NCBI GenBank assembly: GCA_023230535.1
Contig: JALNXC010000001.1
Location: forward strand, 1 to 25,277
Source of the DNA: Alkaliphilus sp.
Lineage (GTDB): Bacteria; Bacillota; Clostridia; Peptostreptococcales; Natronincolaceae
DNA: 25,277 nucleotides
Direction of reading: 5' to 3'
Positions 14,835-25,277 of this stretch are shown in pieces. The notes beneath the pieces were generated by a model. It searched no databases. It had not been told where the DNA came from and worked only from the letters and a program-made list of their open reading frames with translations. Position 1 is the stretch's first letter, and each line of letters opens with the position of its first letter. Made by a program: the position numbers and the translations under genes.

Positions 14835-15770
14835 ATGGAGTTTAAACATGTACCTGTGTTATTAGAAGAATGCATTGAAAATTTAAATATTAAAAAAGAT
14901 GGTATCTATGTAGACGGAACATTAGGAGGCGCGGGCCATTCCGGTGAAATTGCAAAACGCCTGAATAAGGACGGATTGTTGATTGGAATTGATCGGGACG
15001 AGAATGCAATCGAAGCAGCTGCGGAAATCCTGACCGATGTAATGTGTAAGGTCAGGCTGCTCAGAGATAATTTTAGCAATTTAAAATATATATTAGAGGA
15101 TCTCGGAATAGAGAGCTTTGATGGGCTTTTATTGGACTTGGGAGTATCATCACATCAGTTGGATGATATTGAACGGGGTTTTTCTTATATGCATGATGCC
15201 CCTCTGGATATGAGAATGGATAATAGAAATAACTTAACAGCCGGGGACGTAATCAATAACTATTCGGAAAGGGATCTGGAACAAATTATTAAAAATTATG
15301 GGGAAGAAAGATGGGCAAAGCGTATAGCTCAATTTATTGTAAAATTTAGAACGGACGAAGAGATTATTACTACTTATCAATTAGTTGATATTATCAAGAA
15401 GGCAATTCCAAAAGGGGCTCGTATAAAAGGCCCGCATCCGGCTAAACGAACCTTTCAGGCTGTACGAATTGAGGTCAACAAAGAACTGGACATCATTGGA
15501 GAAACTATAGAGTCGGCCGTTGAAAGATTAAGTATTGGCGGAAGGATCTGTGTGATTACATTTCATTCCCTGGAGGATCGAATTGTAAAAAATACCTTCA
15601 GATCTTTGGCAAATCCCTGTGTTTGTCCGCAGGAATTTCCGATCTGTCAATGCAATAATAAGCCGAAAATTAGAATAATCACACGTAAACCGATAGTACC
15701 CACGGAAAAAGAACTCGAAATAAATCCGAGGTCAAGGAGTGCAAAATTGCGTGTGGCGGAAAAGATATAG
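14835..15770 (+). CDS. rsmH: 16S rRNA m4C1402 methyltransferase
   Basis: [40 protein letters not shown] and [10 protein letters not shown]. Confidence 0.97.
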   Translation: MEFKHVPVLLEECIENLNIKKDGIYVDGTLGGAGHSGEIAKRLNKDGLLIGIDRDENAIEAAAEILTDVMCKVRLLRDNFSNLKYILEDLGIESFDGLLLDLGVSSHQLDDIERGFSYMHDAPLDMRMDNRNNLTAGDVINNYSERDLEQIIKNYGEERWAKRIAQFIVKFRTDEEIITTYQLVDIIKKAIPKGARIKGPHPAKRTFQAVRIEVNKELDIIGETIESAVERLSIGGRICVITFHSLEDRIVKNTFRSLANPCVCPQEFPICQCNNKPKIRIITRKPIVPTEKELEINPRSRSAKLRVAEKI

Positions 15771-15803
15771 ATAAGTTCTAAAGTTGAGAAGGGGTGAATA
15801 AAA

Positions 15804-16289
15804 TTGGTATTAGCTCGGGAAGAATCCATTTATACAAATGAACAAATAAAAAAGGAAAAACAGTTTTCTGTTCACAAAAAAAGGCGAAAAAGTTATATGT
15901 TCGAGAAAATTGTTGTAATGGCAGTTGTTGGCGTTGTGTTCGTATGCAGCATGCTAATTTTAACGAGATTTACAGCCATCACTGAGGTCAGGTATAGTGT
16001 GGATAATTTAGAAAAACAAATTGAAAGACTGGAAACTGAAAAAACAAAATTAAGGATAGAGGTAGAAAAGGTTTTGAAATCCGGATGGATAGAGGATGAA
16101 GCAAAAACCAGATTACAAATGGATTATCCGACTGCCGAGCAGGTAATAGGTATAAATGTTAACCCGGCAAAAGTTGCAATGTTAACGGGCGAAATAAATA
16201 AACAAAATTATGATGATTCTGCCAAAGTAGGAGAGAGCAAAAATATATATGCTTTTTTTAAAAAACTGATCAGCTATACAAAAATTTAG
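15804..16289 (+). CDS. ftsL: Cell division protein FtsL-like
   Basis: Basic cytoplasmic N-terminus, one TM helix, coiled coil and IEDEAKTRLQM motif; canonical position between rsmH and the PBP gene. Confidence 0.8.
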   Translation: MVLAREESIYTNEQIKKEKQFSVHKKRRKSYMFEKIVVMAVVGVVFVCSMLILTRFTAITEVRYSVDNLEKQIERLETEKTKLRIEVEKVLKSGWIEDEAKTRLQMDYPTAEQVIGINVNPAKVAMLTGEINKQNYDDSAKVGESKNIYAFFKKLISYTKI

Positions 16290-16302
16290 AGGGGGAATAT
16301 GA

Positions 16303-18480
16303 GTGTCTCAGCCCGGTATGTCCAGCAAAAAAAGACTTATAGTCATGTTTTTACTTGTATCTATGGTACTATTTGCGCTTATAGTGCGATTAGGATGGAT
16401 ACAGATAGTAAGGGGAGAAAAATACAAGGAACTGGCTAATAAGTATCAAACAAGAGATATTCCCATACCTGCGAAACGTGGAATAATTTATGATAGAAAT
16501 GGGAAAGAATTAGCTATAAGTGCAAGTACAAGCACAATATGGGTACATCCCAGCGAGGTTGAAGAACCTGAAAAAACAGCTTCAATTTTATCAAATATTT
16601 TGGAACTTGAAGAAGAGGCGATATTAAAAAAGGTAAAATCTAATCAGTCTATAGTATCTATTGCGCTTTATGTTGATGATGAGCCCGCAAAAGCAATCAT
16701 AAAGGAAAATCTGAAAGGGATTTCGGTTTCTGAAAGCAATAAAAGATATTATCCTTATGGAAATTTTGCTGCATATGTTTTAGGGCATACAAACATTGAT
16801 AATCACGGGATTGCCGGTATAGAATTAGAATATGATAAATATTTAAGCGGAATACCGGGCCGTTGGATTAAAAACACTGATGGGAAAGGCAGACAGTTAT
16901 CTTTTAGCACCGAAAAATATTATCAGCCGGAGGACGGGCTCAATGTTGTACTTACAATAGATGAAGTTATACAGCATTTTGCTGAAAAAGCCGTTCAAAA
17001 CGCGTTGGAAATTCATAAGGCAAAGCGAGTATATGTGGTTGTGATGGATGTTAAAACTGCGGAAATATTGGCTATGGCCGTCAAACCTGATTATGACCCC
17101 AATTCTCCGCGGGTACCTTTAGATGAAAATCTGAAAAAAGAAATAGAAACGATGGATAAGGACAAACAATTGGAAGCACTGTTTGCAATGTGGAGAAATC
17201 CTGTGATCAATGATACATATGAACCCGGCTCTACTTTTAAACTGATTACCACATCTGCTGCCTTAGAGGAAGGGGTGGCTACACCAAACAGTATTTTTGT
17301 AGGCAGCGGGCATATAATGGTAGCCGGAAGAAGAATCCGGTGTTGGAGATGGTATAATCCACATGGTGCTCAAACATTGGTGGAAGCGATAAAAAATTCA
17401 TGTAATCCGGTGTTTGTTGAATTGGGTCAGAGGATGGGTGCACGAACATTTTATAATTATATAGACGGTTTTGGGTTTTCCGATGTTACGGGAATAGATC
17501 TTCCTGGAGAAAGAAAATCAATTATGTATGATATAGATAATGTTGGACCGGTAGAATTGGCGACAATTTCCTTTGGACAGAGTATTTCTATAACACCTAT
17601 TCAGCTTGTCAATGCTGTGGCAGCTATTGCGAATGATGGAAAATTGATGAAACCGCATTTAGTAAAAGAATTAACAGATGCGGACGGTAATGTAGTTCAT
17701 CGGTTTGAAGAAACAATGGTTAGACAGGTTGTTTCGGAAAAAACTTCAAAGATGATGAGGGATATAATGGAGGCTGCTGTTGCTGACGGATCGGGAAATT
17801 ATGCCTATATTCCGGGATATAGGGTGGGAGGTAAAACCGGTACGGCTCAAAAAGTTGTCGGTAAGGGCTATGCACAGGGTTTATATGTGTCTTCATTTGC
17901 CGGTATAGCACCGGTAGATGATCCTAAGTTGGCTGTTTTGGCAATTGTTGACGAACCGGGGGGCTTTAGTACTTATGGAAGTATGACGGCAGCTCCGATT
18001 GTTAAGGAAATATTAGAGGATTCGTTGAGATATTTAGATGTCAGTCCCAGATATACGGATAAGGAAGAAGAGGAATTCGTCAGAAAAGAAGTGGTGTTGC
18101 CGGAGGTTAGAAATATCACTGTCAAGGAAGCTTCTAGGATATTAATCGATAACAATTTACAGTTTAATACGGAGCCGGAGTATTATGCGGATGAAAATGC
18201 TATAGTTGTAGATATGTTTCCAAAACCGGGTGCAAAAATTCCTGAGAAATCCATTGTACTTTTATATACAAAACCTAATGAAAATATTCCCTCTTCTGTA
18301 GAGATTCCGGATTTGAGGGGCAAAACTATCAGAGAAGCAAATATTATTTTAAATAATTTAGGTTTGAGATTAAAAATTAGCGGTAGCGGTTTAGCATTTG
18401 GTCAATATCCCGAGGCAGGGATAACTGTGGAGTCAGGTACAATAATAAGTGTAGAATTTAAGCCCGAACAAACACAATAG
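16303..18480 (+). CDS. spoVD: Class B penicillin-binding protein SpoVD/FtsI with C-terminal PASTA domains
   Basis: SxxK (PGSTFK), SxN (SCN) and KTG (GKTGT) motifs, RGIIYDRNG, and two PASTA-like repeats. GTG start 7 nt after GAGGGGG. Confidence 0.88.
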   Translation: MSQPGMSSKKRLIVMFLLVSMVLFALIVRLGWIQIVRGEKYKELANKYQTRDIPIPAKRGIIYDRNGKELAISASTSTIWVHPSEVEEPEKTASILSNILELEEEAILKKVKSNQSIVSIALYVDDEPAKAIIKENLKGISVSESNKRYYPYGNFAAYVLGHTNIDNHGIAGIELEYDKYLSGIPGRWIKNTDGKGRQLSFSTEKYYQPEDGLNVVLTIDEVIQHFAEKAVQNALEIHKAKRVYVVVMDVKTAEILAMAVKPDYDPNSPRVPLDENLKKEIETMDKDKQLEALFAMWRNPVINDTYEPGSTFKLITTSAALEEGVATPNSIFVGSGHIMVAGRRIRCWRWYNPHGAQTLVEAIKNSCNPVFVELGQRMGARTFYNYIDGFGFSDVTGIDLPGERKSIMYDIDNVGPVELATISFGQSISITPIQLVNAVAAIANDGKLMKPHLVKELTDADGNVVHRFEETMVRQVVSEKTSKMMRDIMEAAVADGSGNYAYIPGYRVGGKTGTAQKVVGKGYAQGLYVSSFAGIAPVDDPKLAVLAIVDEPGGFSTYGSMTAAPIVKEILEDSLRYLDVSPRYTDKEEEEFVRKEVVLPEVRNITVKEASRILIDNNLQFNTEPEYYADENAIVVDMFPKPGAKIPEKSIVLLYTKPNENIPSSVEIPDLRGKTIREANIILNNLGLRLKISGSGLAFGQYPEAGITVESGTIISVEFKPEQTQ

Positions 18481-18588
18481 GAGTATAATATATAATATAG
18501 ATAAATAGTCTGAATATTTAATAAGAGACGTATTTTATGTATTTTTTATTAAACATGATGGTCGGTTATCTGTAATATACAAAAAAAG

Positions 18589-18632
18589 GGCAACTAAAAT
18601 TAAAGAGAAAACTTTAATTTTAGTTGCCTTTT
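18589..18632. terminator. Long hairpin between spoVD and murE
   Basis: Perfect 17-bp stem ggcaactaaaattaaag/ctttaattttagttgcc, with an A run before and a T run after. Confidence 0.8.
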
Positions 18633-18672
18633 AAAAATTCGTACAGGTATTAACAGTGGTAGGAGGAAAGAT

Positions 18673-20136
18673 ATGTTTTTGAGAGATATTCTTAATAAGA
18701 TTAAAATTAAAAAGGTTGTTGGGGATGTAGATATAAATATTAAGGATATACAACATTATTCACCATTTGTAACTAAAGGCAGTTTATTCATATGCATAGA
18801 GGGATTTAAAACTGACGGGCAATTATATATAAAAGAAGCAATCAATAGGGGCGCCGTGGCAATCATTTCCGAAAAAGAAACAGAAGTTGATGGGTTAACT
18901 GTGATTCAAGTTGAAAATGCAAGAAGAACAATGTCCTCAATTGCGAATTATTTTTATAATGAACCTACAAAAAAAATGCGTTTAATAGGTATAACGGGAA
19001 CAAACGGCAAGACTTCCATCACATATATGGTAAAAAGTATTTTTGAATTCTGTGGCAAAAAAATTGGCCTTATCGGTACAATATCCAACTGGATTGGAGA
19101 TATAAAAATTGAGGCCATACGAACTACGCCGGAATCCTTGGATCTGCAGAGGATATTTTCGCGAATGTTACGGTATTCTATAGATACGTGTGTTATGGAG
19201 GTTTCTTCCCATGCTTTAGAATTAGGGAGGGTAGACGACTGTACATATGGTATCGGTTTATTTACTAATTTGAGTCCGGAACACTTGGATTTTCATATTA
19301 ATATGGAAAATTATAGAGATGCAAAGAAAAAGTTGTTTTATAAAACAACTTTATATAATATCATCAATATTGATGATTTTCATGGAAAGGTTATAATGGA
19401 ACAGATTAAAGACATCGAAACACCTTTATTGACATTTGGTGTTAAAGAAAAAGCGGATATATATGCTACCGATATAGATATGAACATTAAAGGAGTGCGT
19501 TTTAACATTAATATGCCAAAGGGCATGGTATATGTTGATGTTAAAATACCGGGTATGTTTACTGTCTATAATGTAATGGCGGCGGCAGCAGTCTGTTATT
19601 GTTTGGGTATCGATATAGATAAAATAGGCAGGGCATTAAATAATATGGAAAGTATACCCGGGCGTTTTGAGGTGATTAAAGAAATAGAGGATTTTGTAAT
19701 AATAGTTGATTATGCTCATACGCCGGATGCACTTGAAAATGTGCTTAAATCGGCCAAAATGTTTGCAAAAAATCGAATAATAACGGTCTTTGGTTGTGGC
19801 GGAGACAGGGATAAAAATAAAAGGGCCATAATGGGGGAAATATCCGGCAGATTTAGCGATTATACTATCGTGACTTCTGATAATCCAAGGACGGAGGAAC
19901 CGTTAAGCATAATGAAAATGATAGAAAAAGGTGTAGTTAAGGTAACCGATAAATATAATATGATTGAAGACAGAAAAACCGCTATACAATATGCTGTCAA
20001 AATGGCCGCCGGTGATGATATAATTATTATTGCAGGTAAAGGTCATGAAGCGACACAAACTATAGGCAATAAGATATTACCTTTTGATGATTACAAAATA
20101 GCATTACAGATAGTTAGGGAGGAAAGGTCGATATGA
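18673..20136 (+). CDS. murE: UDP-MurNAc-L-Ala-D-Glu:meso-diaminopimelate ligase
   Basis: GITGTNGKTS, TTPES, MEVSSH, VDYAHTPD; the DNPR motif indicates meso-DAP specificity. Confidence 0.95.
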   Translation: MFLRDILNKIKIKKVVGDVDINIKDIQHYSPFVTKGSLFICIEGFKTDGQLYIKEAINRGAVAIISEKETEVDGLTVIQVENARRTMSSIANYFYNEPTKKMRLIGITGTNGKTSITYMVKSIFEFCGKKIGLIGTISNWIGDIKIEAIRTTPESLDLQRIFSRMLRYSIDTCVMEVSSHALELGRVDDCTYGIGLFTNLSPEHLDFHINMENYRDAKKKLFYKTTLYNIINIDDFHGKVIMEQIKDIETPLLTFGVKEKADIYATDIDMNIKGVRFNINMPKGMVYVDVKIPGMFTVYNVMAAAAVCYCLGIDIDKIGRALNNMESIPGRFEVIKEIEDFVIIVDYAHTPDALENVLKSAKMFAKNRIITVFGCGGDRDKNKRAIMGEISGRFSDYTIVTSDNPRTEEPLSIMKMIEKGVVKVTDKYNMIEDRKTAIQYAVKMAAGDDIIIIAGKGHEATQTIGNKILPFDDYKIALQIVREERSI

Positions 20137-21524
20137 TTGAACAGAATATAATCGCCATTGCAAAGGCATGTAATGGGGTTATAATCAATAGAGGCAACAT
20201 AGAAACGGTTAATGAAATATCCACCGACACTCGTACCCTTAAAAAGGGTAACCTTTTTGTCCCTTTAATGGGTGAAAATTTTGATGGCCATATATTTATC
20301 GGGGAGGCCATAAAAAAAGGGGCTAGTGCTATATTAGTTCAAGAGGACAGGAAGGGAAATATAATTGATGCGGATGGAGTAAATATTATACAAGTAGAGG
20401 ATACTTTAAAGGCACTAACTCAAATAGCCCGTTATTATAAAAACTTGTTTGATATTCCATTTATAGGAATTACGGGAAGTGTGGGAAAGACAACTGCTAA
20501 GGATTTGATAGCGGGTGTTTTGTCCGGAAAATATAATGTGCATAAAAATATCGGTAATCTCAATAATGAAATCGGGCTGCCCATTACATTATTTAATTTG
20601 GAACATCATCATGACATTTCCGTATTGGAAATGGGCATGTCCTCTTATGGAGAAATATTAAATTTAGTAAATGTTGTACATCCTAATATTGCTATAATAA
20701 CAAATATAGGGGTTTCTCATATCAAATATTTTGGTAGCAAAGGAAATATTATGAAAGCAAAGATGGAGATTACGGCTAATTTAAAAAATGGAGATTATTT
20801 ATTAGTCAATGGAGACGATGAATATCTAAAAAATATAGACAGAAAAGATAGGGGTTATAATATTATTTTTTATGGTTTATCTTCGCACAATGATTTTTAT
20901 CCCATAGATGTTAAAAATTTAGGAGCAGGGGGAAGCAGTTTTACCATGGATGTGGGGGGTAAACTTGCACGATTTAAAATAAAACAGCTCGGTTTGCACA
21001 ATGTGTATAGCGGATTAGCTGCAATATGGATTGCTACCGGATATGGCATGACCCCGGAAGAGATACAAAATGGATTAAACAATTTTGAGTTATCCGGAAT
21101 GAGATTAGAGGTAATAAATAAGAACAATATAAAAATTATCGATGATACATATAATGCCAGTCCCGACTCTATGAAGGCAGCCATAGATGTTTTGGAAAGT
21201 GTGGAGGCCGGAAGGAAAATTGCAGTACTGGGTAATATGTTTGAATTGGGCAATTTTTCCGAAAAGGGCCACAAAGAAGTGGGAGAGTACTTGGCTGATA
21301 AAAAAATTGATCTACTGGTTACCGTAGGAGAAATGGCATATTGGATATCTTCGGAAGCCGAAAAGAAGGGATTTAAAAAAGAGAGTATATTTGCGGTTTC
21401 TACTAATGAGGATGCTATTAATATATTGAGGCGGAACGTGCGAGATGATGATGCTGTTCTGATAAAGGGTTCCAGGGGCATGATTATGGAGGAAATCGTA
21501 AATTTTTTACAAGAGGGGAGCTAA
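20133..21524 (+). CDS. murF: UDP-MurNAc-tripeptide:D-Ala-D-Ala ligase
   Basis: GITGSVGKTT, NNEIGLP, EMGM, DTYNASPDS and KGSRG. ATGA overlap with murE. Confidence 0.95.
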   Translation: MIEQNIIAIAKACNGVIINRGNIETVNEISTDTRTLKKGNLFVPLMGENFDGHIFIGEAIKKGASAILVQEDRKGNIIDADGVNIIQVEDTLKALTQIARYYKNLFDIPFIGITGSVGKTTAKDLIAGVLSGKYNVHKNIGNLNNEIGLPITLFNLEHHHDISVLEMGMSSYGEILNLVNVVHPNIAIITNIGVSHIKYFGSKGNIMKAKMEITANLKNGDYLLVNGDDEYLKNIDRKDRGYNIIFYGLSSHNDFYPIDVKNLGAGGSSFTMDVGGKLARFKIKQLGLHNVYSGLAAIWIATGYGMTPEEIQNGLNNFELSGMRLEVINKNNIKIIDDTYNASPDSMKAAIDVLESVEAGRKIAVLGNMFELGNFSEKGHKEVGEYLADKKIDLLVTVGEMAYWISSEAEKKGFKKESIFAVSTNEDAINILRRNVRDDDAVLIKGSRGMIMEEIVNFLQEGS

Positions 21525-21528
21525 TTAA

Positions 21529-22527
21529 ATGACATTAGAAAGTAGGCAGATTATATATACAATTATCATAGGTTTTTTTATCACATTGATTTTGGGGCCA
21601 TTGATAATTCCTTTTTTAAAAAGACTCAAAGTAGGTCAAACTATAAGGGAGGACGGACCTAAAAGCCATTTGCAAAAAACCGGCACACCCACCATCGGGG
21701 GTATTATATTGATTATATCAATAACAATTACTTCTCTCACTTCCGGGTTGTTCAATAGAGATCTGATAGTCGCATTAGGGGCTACATTGATATTTGGATT
21801 GATTGGATTTATTGATGATTTTATAAAGGTGGTATTAAAGAGATCCTTAGGATTGAGGGCATATCAAAAATTGGGTTTACAGACTATTGTAGCGGTTTTT
21901 TTAGCGGCATATCAGTCTAATGTTTCTGTCATGGGGACTAAGGTAATAGTACCTTTTGTACAGGGCAGTATTTCTATCGGGTCTATCAATATACCGCAGT
22001 ATTTTGACTTGGGAATTTTATATATACCTTTTGTGGCATTTGTTGTGGTAGCGACTGTAAACAGCGTAAATTTGACCGATGGCCTTGATGGATTAGCTTC
22101 AGGGGTAACCCTCATTATTGCTGCTTTTTTTGCGTTATTGGCTATGAACTGGGGATATATCAGTTTGGCTGTTTTTTCGGCTTCGGTAGCGGGAGCGTGT
22201 CTGGGGTTTTTGCGGTATAATTCTCATCCGGCACAGGTGTTCATGGGCGATACCGGATCCTTATCATTAGGCGGTGCAATTTCAGCGGTTGCCGTACTTA
22301 TGAATGTTTCTTTGATCATACCGATAGTCGGAGGGATTTATTTTGTGGAATCCGTGTCGGTTATTTTACAGGTAATTTCATATAAGTTAACTAAAAAACG
22401 TATATTTAAAATGAGTCCCCTCCATCACCACTACGAACTCAGCGGATGGGCAGAAACTAAGGTGGTAGTTGTATTTTGGGTAATCACCGTTATTTTATGT
22501 TTAGTGGGAATATTAGCTTTAAATTAG
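21529..22527 (+). CDS. mraY: Phospho-MurNAc-pentapeptide transferase
   Basis: KTGTPTIGG, GFIDD, NLTDGLDGL, FMGDTGS and PLHHHYE. Confidence 0.96.
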   Translation: MTLESRQIIYTIIIGFFITLILGPLIIPFLKRLKVGQTIREDGPKSHLQKTGTPTIGGIILIISITITSLTSGLFNRDLIVALGATLIFGLIGFIDDFIKVVLKRSLGLRAYQKLGLQTIVAVFLAAYQSNVSVMGTKVIVPFVQGSISIGSINIPQYFDLGILYIPFVAFVVVATVNSVNLTDGLDGLASGVTLIIAAFFALLAMNWGYISLAVFSASVAGACLGFLRYNSHPAQVFMGDTGSLSLGGAISAVAVLMNVSLIIPIVGGIYFVESVSVILQVISYKLTKKRIFKMSPLHHHYELSGWAETKVVVVFWVITVILCLVGILALN

Positions 22528-22543
22528 GAAAGTTGGTGTATTA

Positions 22544-23908
22544 ATGAATCTAAAGAATAAAAGGGTACTGGTTGTTGGCTTGGCTGTTACCGGTGTACCC
22601 TTAGTAAAGGTTTTATGCGACTTAGGGGCCGATGTAATTGTAAATGACCTAAAGGATGAGAAAAACCTGAGGGACAGTATCGATAAGTTATCAAATTTAA
22701 ATGTGGATTATGTATTGGGAAAACATCCGCAGGCCATAGATTCATTAGGGCATATTGATTTGATGGTAATCTCGCCGGGGGTACCTCTCGAAATACCCTT
22801 TATACAGGAAATAAAAAACAGGGGTATAGAAATTATTGGCGAAATAGAACTGGCATATAGATTATCAAAAGGGCATATTATAGCTATTACAGGGACCAAC
22901 GGTAAAACTACTACGACTGCTTTGGTTGGAGAAATTTTTAAAAATGCCGGAAAAAATACACATATAGTCGGTAATATCGGTATAGCTTTTATATGTAAGG
23001 CTTTGGAAACAAAAGAAGACGATATAGTTGTAATAGAAGTCAGCAGTTTTCAATTGGAGAGTATAGTTGATTTTCATCCACAGGTTGCAGCATTTCTCAA
23101 TTTAACCCAGGATCATTTAAATCGGCACAGAACCATGGCTAATTACGAAACAGCGAAACTTAATTTATTTAAAAATCAAACTAAAAAAGATTTCGTGATA
23201 ATAAACTATGATGATTTGAGGGTACGGGAGATTACAAAAAAACTGAAAGCGGTTAAAATTTATTTCAGTAGAAAAGAGCATCTGGAGCGAGGGGTTTTTG
23301 TAATAGATGATAAGGTAGTGTTTGCAAGTGATGGAGATAAAAAAGAAATTATTTCTATAGACGATATATATATTCCCGGCAAACATAATTTGGAAAATGC
23401 TTTAGCTGCTATCTCTATTGCTATTGCAATGGATGTAGATATGGAACCTATCATACATACTTTGAAAACTTTCAGGGGTGTGCCCCACCGTGTTGAGGCT
23501 GTTGATATGATCGATGGAGTGAAATTCGTCAACGACTCCAAAGCTACTAATGTTGATGCTGCCATTAAAGCGATAGAGGCGATAGATGCACCCATTTTAT
23601 TATTAGCGGGAGGGTTGGACAAGGGAACAGGATTTGAGGATTTTATAAATGCTTTTAACGGAAAAGTAAAGCATATGTTTGTATATGGGGAGACAGCACA
23701 AAAACTTTTGGAGACAGCCGGCAGATTAAATTTTAATTTTATAACTAAAGTCAATGATTTGGAAGAGGCTGTTGACAATGCCTATAAGATGTCTTCCGAT
23801 GGCGACACTATATTGCTTTCCCCCGCATGCGCCAGTTGGGATATGTATAAAAGCTTTGAATTGAGAGGCGAACATTTTAAGGATATAGTTGCAAAATTGA
23901 GGAGGTAG
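22544..23908 (+). CDS. murD: UDP-MurNAc-L-Ala:D-Glu ligase
   Basis: ITGTNGKTTT, EVSSFQL, NDSKATN and LSPACASWD. Confidence 0.96.
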   Translation: MNLKNKRVLVVGLAVTGVPLVKVLCDLGADVIVNDLKDEKNLRDSIDKLSNLNVDYVLGKHPQAIDSLGHIDLMVISPGVPLEIPFIQEIKNRGIEIIGEIELAYRLSKGHIIAITGTNGKTTTTALVGEIFKNAGKNTHIVGNIGIAFICKALETKEDDIVVIEVSSFQLESIVDFHPQVAAFLNLTQDHLNRHRTMANYETAKLNLFKNQTKKDFVIINYDDLRVREITKKLKAVKIYFSRKEHLERGVFVIDDKVVFASDGDKKEIISIDDIYIPGKHNLENALAAISIAIAMDVDMEPIIHTLKTFRGVPHRVEAVDMIDGVKFVNDSKATNVDAAIKAIEAIDAPILLLAGGLDKGTGFEDFINAFNGKVKHMFVYGETAQKLLETAGRLNFNFITKVNDLEEAVDNAYKMSSDGDTILLSPACASWDMYKSFELRGEHFKDIVAKLRR

Positions 23909-23912
23909 GCTT

Positions 23913-25034
23913 ATGGCAAGAAAGCAGCCCCAAGATTATATATTGCTCCTTTCGGTAGGAGTGCTGGTTATTATCGGAATTATAATGGTATTCAGTTCAA
24001 GTTATTCTTATACACTGGTAAAAATGAATGATGGATATTATTATCTCAAACGAGTATTTATATGGGCGGCGGTGGGAACCTTTGCTATGATATTTTTCTC
24101 GAAAATAAATTATTGGCATTGGTCTAAATATGCAAATTTTATTTTTATACTGAGTATAATACTATTAATTTTGGTATTAACCCCCTTGGGTATTGAGAGA
24201 AATAATGCAACACGGTGGCTTGGCGCGGGTAAGACGCTCACCTTTATGCCTTCCGATGTCGCAAAATTGGCTGCTATAATATTTATATCTACCAGTATCA
24301 GTCGGAAAAAGGAAAAAATGCAGAGTTTTGTACAGGGCTTTTTACCCTATTTATTGATCATGGTTTTATATTTCGGTTTAATTTTTGAGCAACCGGATTT
24401 TAGTACCGCTTTTGTATTAGTTGTTATGATTTTTGCAATGGTATTTGTGGGCGGCATGAAACTTTCACATTTTATAGCTTTGGCCACAACCGGTTTACTC
24501 GGATTAACCGGAATGTTGACTTTTATTTTTCTCACCGGAAAAGATTATAAGGCCAAAAGGATTACGGCTTTTTTGGATCCTTGGCAGGATTCATCGGATA
24601 CCGGCTATCAAGTTATACAATCCTTATTGGCATTAGGTTCCGGAGGTATCTTCGGAAGGGGCCTCGGTAGAAGCGTTCAAAAACATTTTTATTTACCGGA
24701 GCCGCAGAATGATTTTATATTTGCTATTATAGGTGAAGAGTTAGGTTTTATTGGGGGAACGATTGTTATTATTTTATTTGTTATTTTGATATGGCGGGGA
24801 GTGAGGATTGCTATCAATGCACCGGATATACAAGGTTGTATTATGGCTACAGGCATCATCACCATGATAGCCATACAGGTTGTCATAAATATTGCGGTTG
24901 CGACGTCATCCATGCCTGTTACAGGTATGGGGCTTCCCTTTATAAGTTATGGCGGAAGTTCCTTGGTTATTTTTATGGCTTCCATAGGGATATTATTAAA
25001 CATATCTAAACATATAAGTTTGGATAGGAGTTGA
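23913..25034 (+). CDS. ftsW: SEDS peptidoglycan polymerase FtsW/SpoVE
   Basis: Multi-TM protein with ATRWL, QPDFST, LPEPQNDFIFAIIGEELG and GLPFISYGGSS motifs. Confidence 0.92.
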   Translation: MARKQPQDYILLLSVGVLVIIGIIMVFSSSYSYTLVKMNDGYYYLKRVFIWAAVGTFAMIFFSKINYWHWSKYANFIFILSIILLILVLTPLGIERNNATRWLGAGKTLTFMPSDVAKLAAIIFISTSISRKKEKMQSFVQGFLPYLLIMVLYFGLIFEQPDFSTAFVLVVMIFAMVFVGGMKLSHFIALATTGLLGLTGMLTFIFLTGKDYKAKRITAFLDPWQDSSDTGYQVIQSLLALGSGGIFGRGLGRSVQKHFYLPEPQNDFIFAIIGEELGFIGGTIVIILFVILIWRGVRIAINAPDIQGCIMATGIITMIAIQVVINIAVATSSMPVTGMGLPFISYGGSSLVIFMASIGILLNISKHISLDRS

Positions 25035-25038
25035 GAGT

Positions 25039-25277
25039 ATGAAGGTTATTTTAAGCGGCGGTGGCACGGGCGGGCATATTTATCCTGCCATATCTATTGC
25101 TAATAAAGTTAAAGAAAAATATCCTGATGCAGATATATTATTTATAGGTACAGCAGGAGGAATGGAAAGCAATATAGTGCCCAAGGAAGGTTATATGATA
25201 AAATTTATCACCGTAAATTATTTAAAAAGGAGATTTTCTTTACATAATATAAAGAGTGCGGCAATGCTTTTCAAGGG
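25039..25277 (+). CDS. murG: MurG glycosyltransferase, 5' part (truncated by the window edge)
   Basis: MKVILSGGGTGGHIYPAISIA..., immediately after ftsW/spoVE. Confidence 0.93.
   Translation, partial: MKVILSGGGTGGHIYPAISIANKVKEKYPDADILFIGTAGGMESNIVPKEGYMIKFITVNYLKRRFSLHNIKSAAMLFK

Noticed and set aside
16299-16439. Out-of-frame ATG ORF at the spoVD start
   Set aside because: The ATG is only about 3 nt from the RBS, whereas GTG 16303 has optimal spacing. No sign of coding function.
20897-23778. Long minus-strand ORFs 20897-21481 and 23260-23778, and other short antisense ORFs in dcw
   Set aside because: Antisense shadows of murF, mraY and murD, with no RBS or motifs.

Overview
Low-GC (AT-rich) chromosomal window from a spore-forming clostridial Firmicute. 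The taxonomy is inferred from gene content (spoVD, spoVE/ftsW, YhcN/YlaJ, Spo0E-like) and has not been checked by search. The left part carries the tail of the sigA/rpoD macromolecular-synthesis region, trmK, a Nif3/YqfO gene, an RNase H gene and a type A RNase P RNA (rnpB). The middle is a mixed housekeeping block: DUF1361, mscL, zinc-ribbon, CoA-type Nudix, hpt, a small ORF, a membrane Mrr-like protein, stand-alone pduL, deoC, iron-sulfur flavoprotein, ychF, yhcN/ylaJ, lgt and a Spo0E-like peptide. The right part is the dcw cluster (mraZ-rsmH-ftsL-spoVD-murE-murF-mraY-murD-ftsW/spoVE-murG, the last truncated by the window edge). No CRISPR array, tRNA, rRNA, transposase or integrase was seen. 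The most unusual observations are: (1) an rnpB of about 487 nt whose P12 helix carries a ~162-nt insertion built from inverted heptamer repeats; (2) a chimeric junction at the window start joining the trmK 5' end in frame to what looks like the last codons of sigA through a 13-bp microhomology, giving a 450-bp-period direct repeat that is either a duplication/circle junction or an assembly chimera; (3) a 4-TM protein with an apparently catalytically dead Mrr domain; (4) several small elements missing from the ORF track (Spo0E-like gene, Gly-rich gene relic, REP-like palindrome, MraZ boxes).
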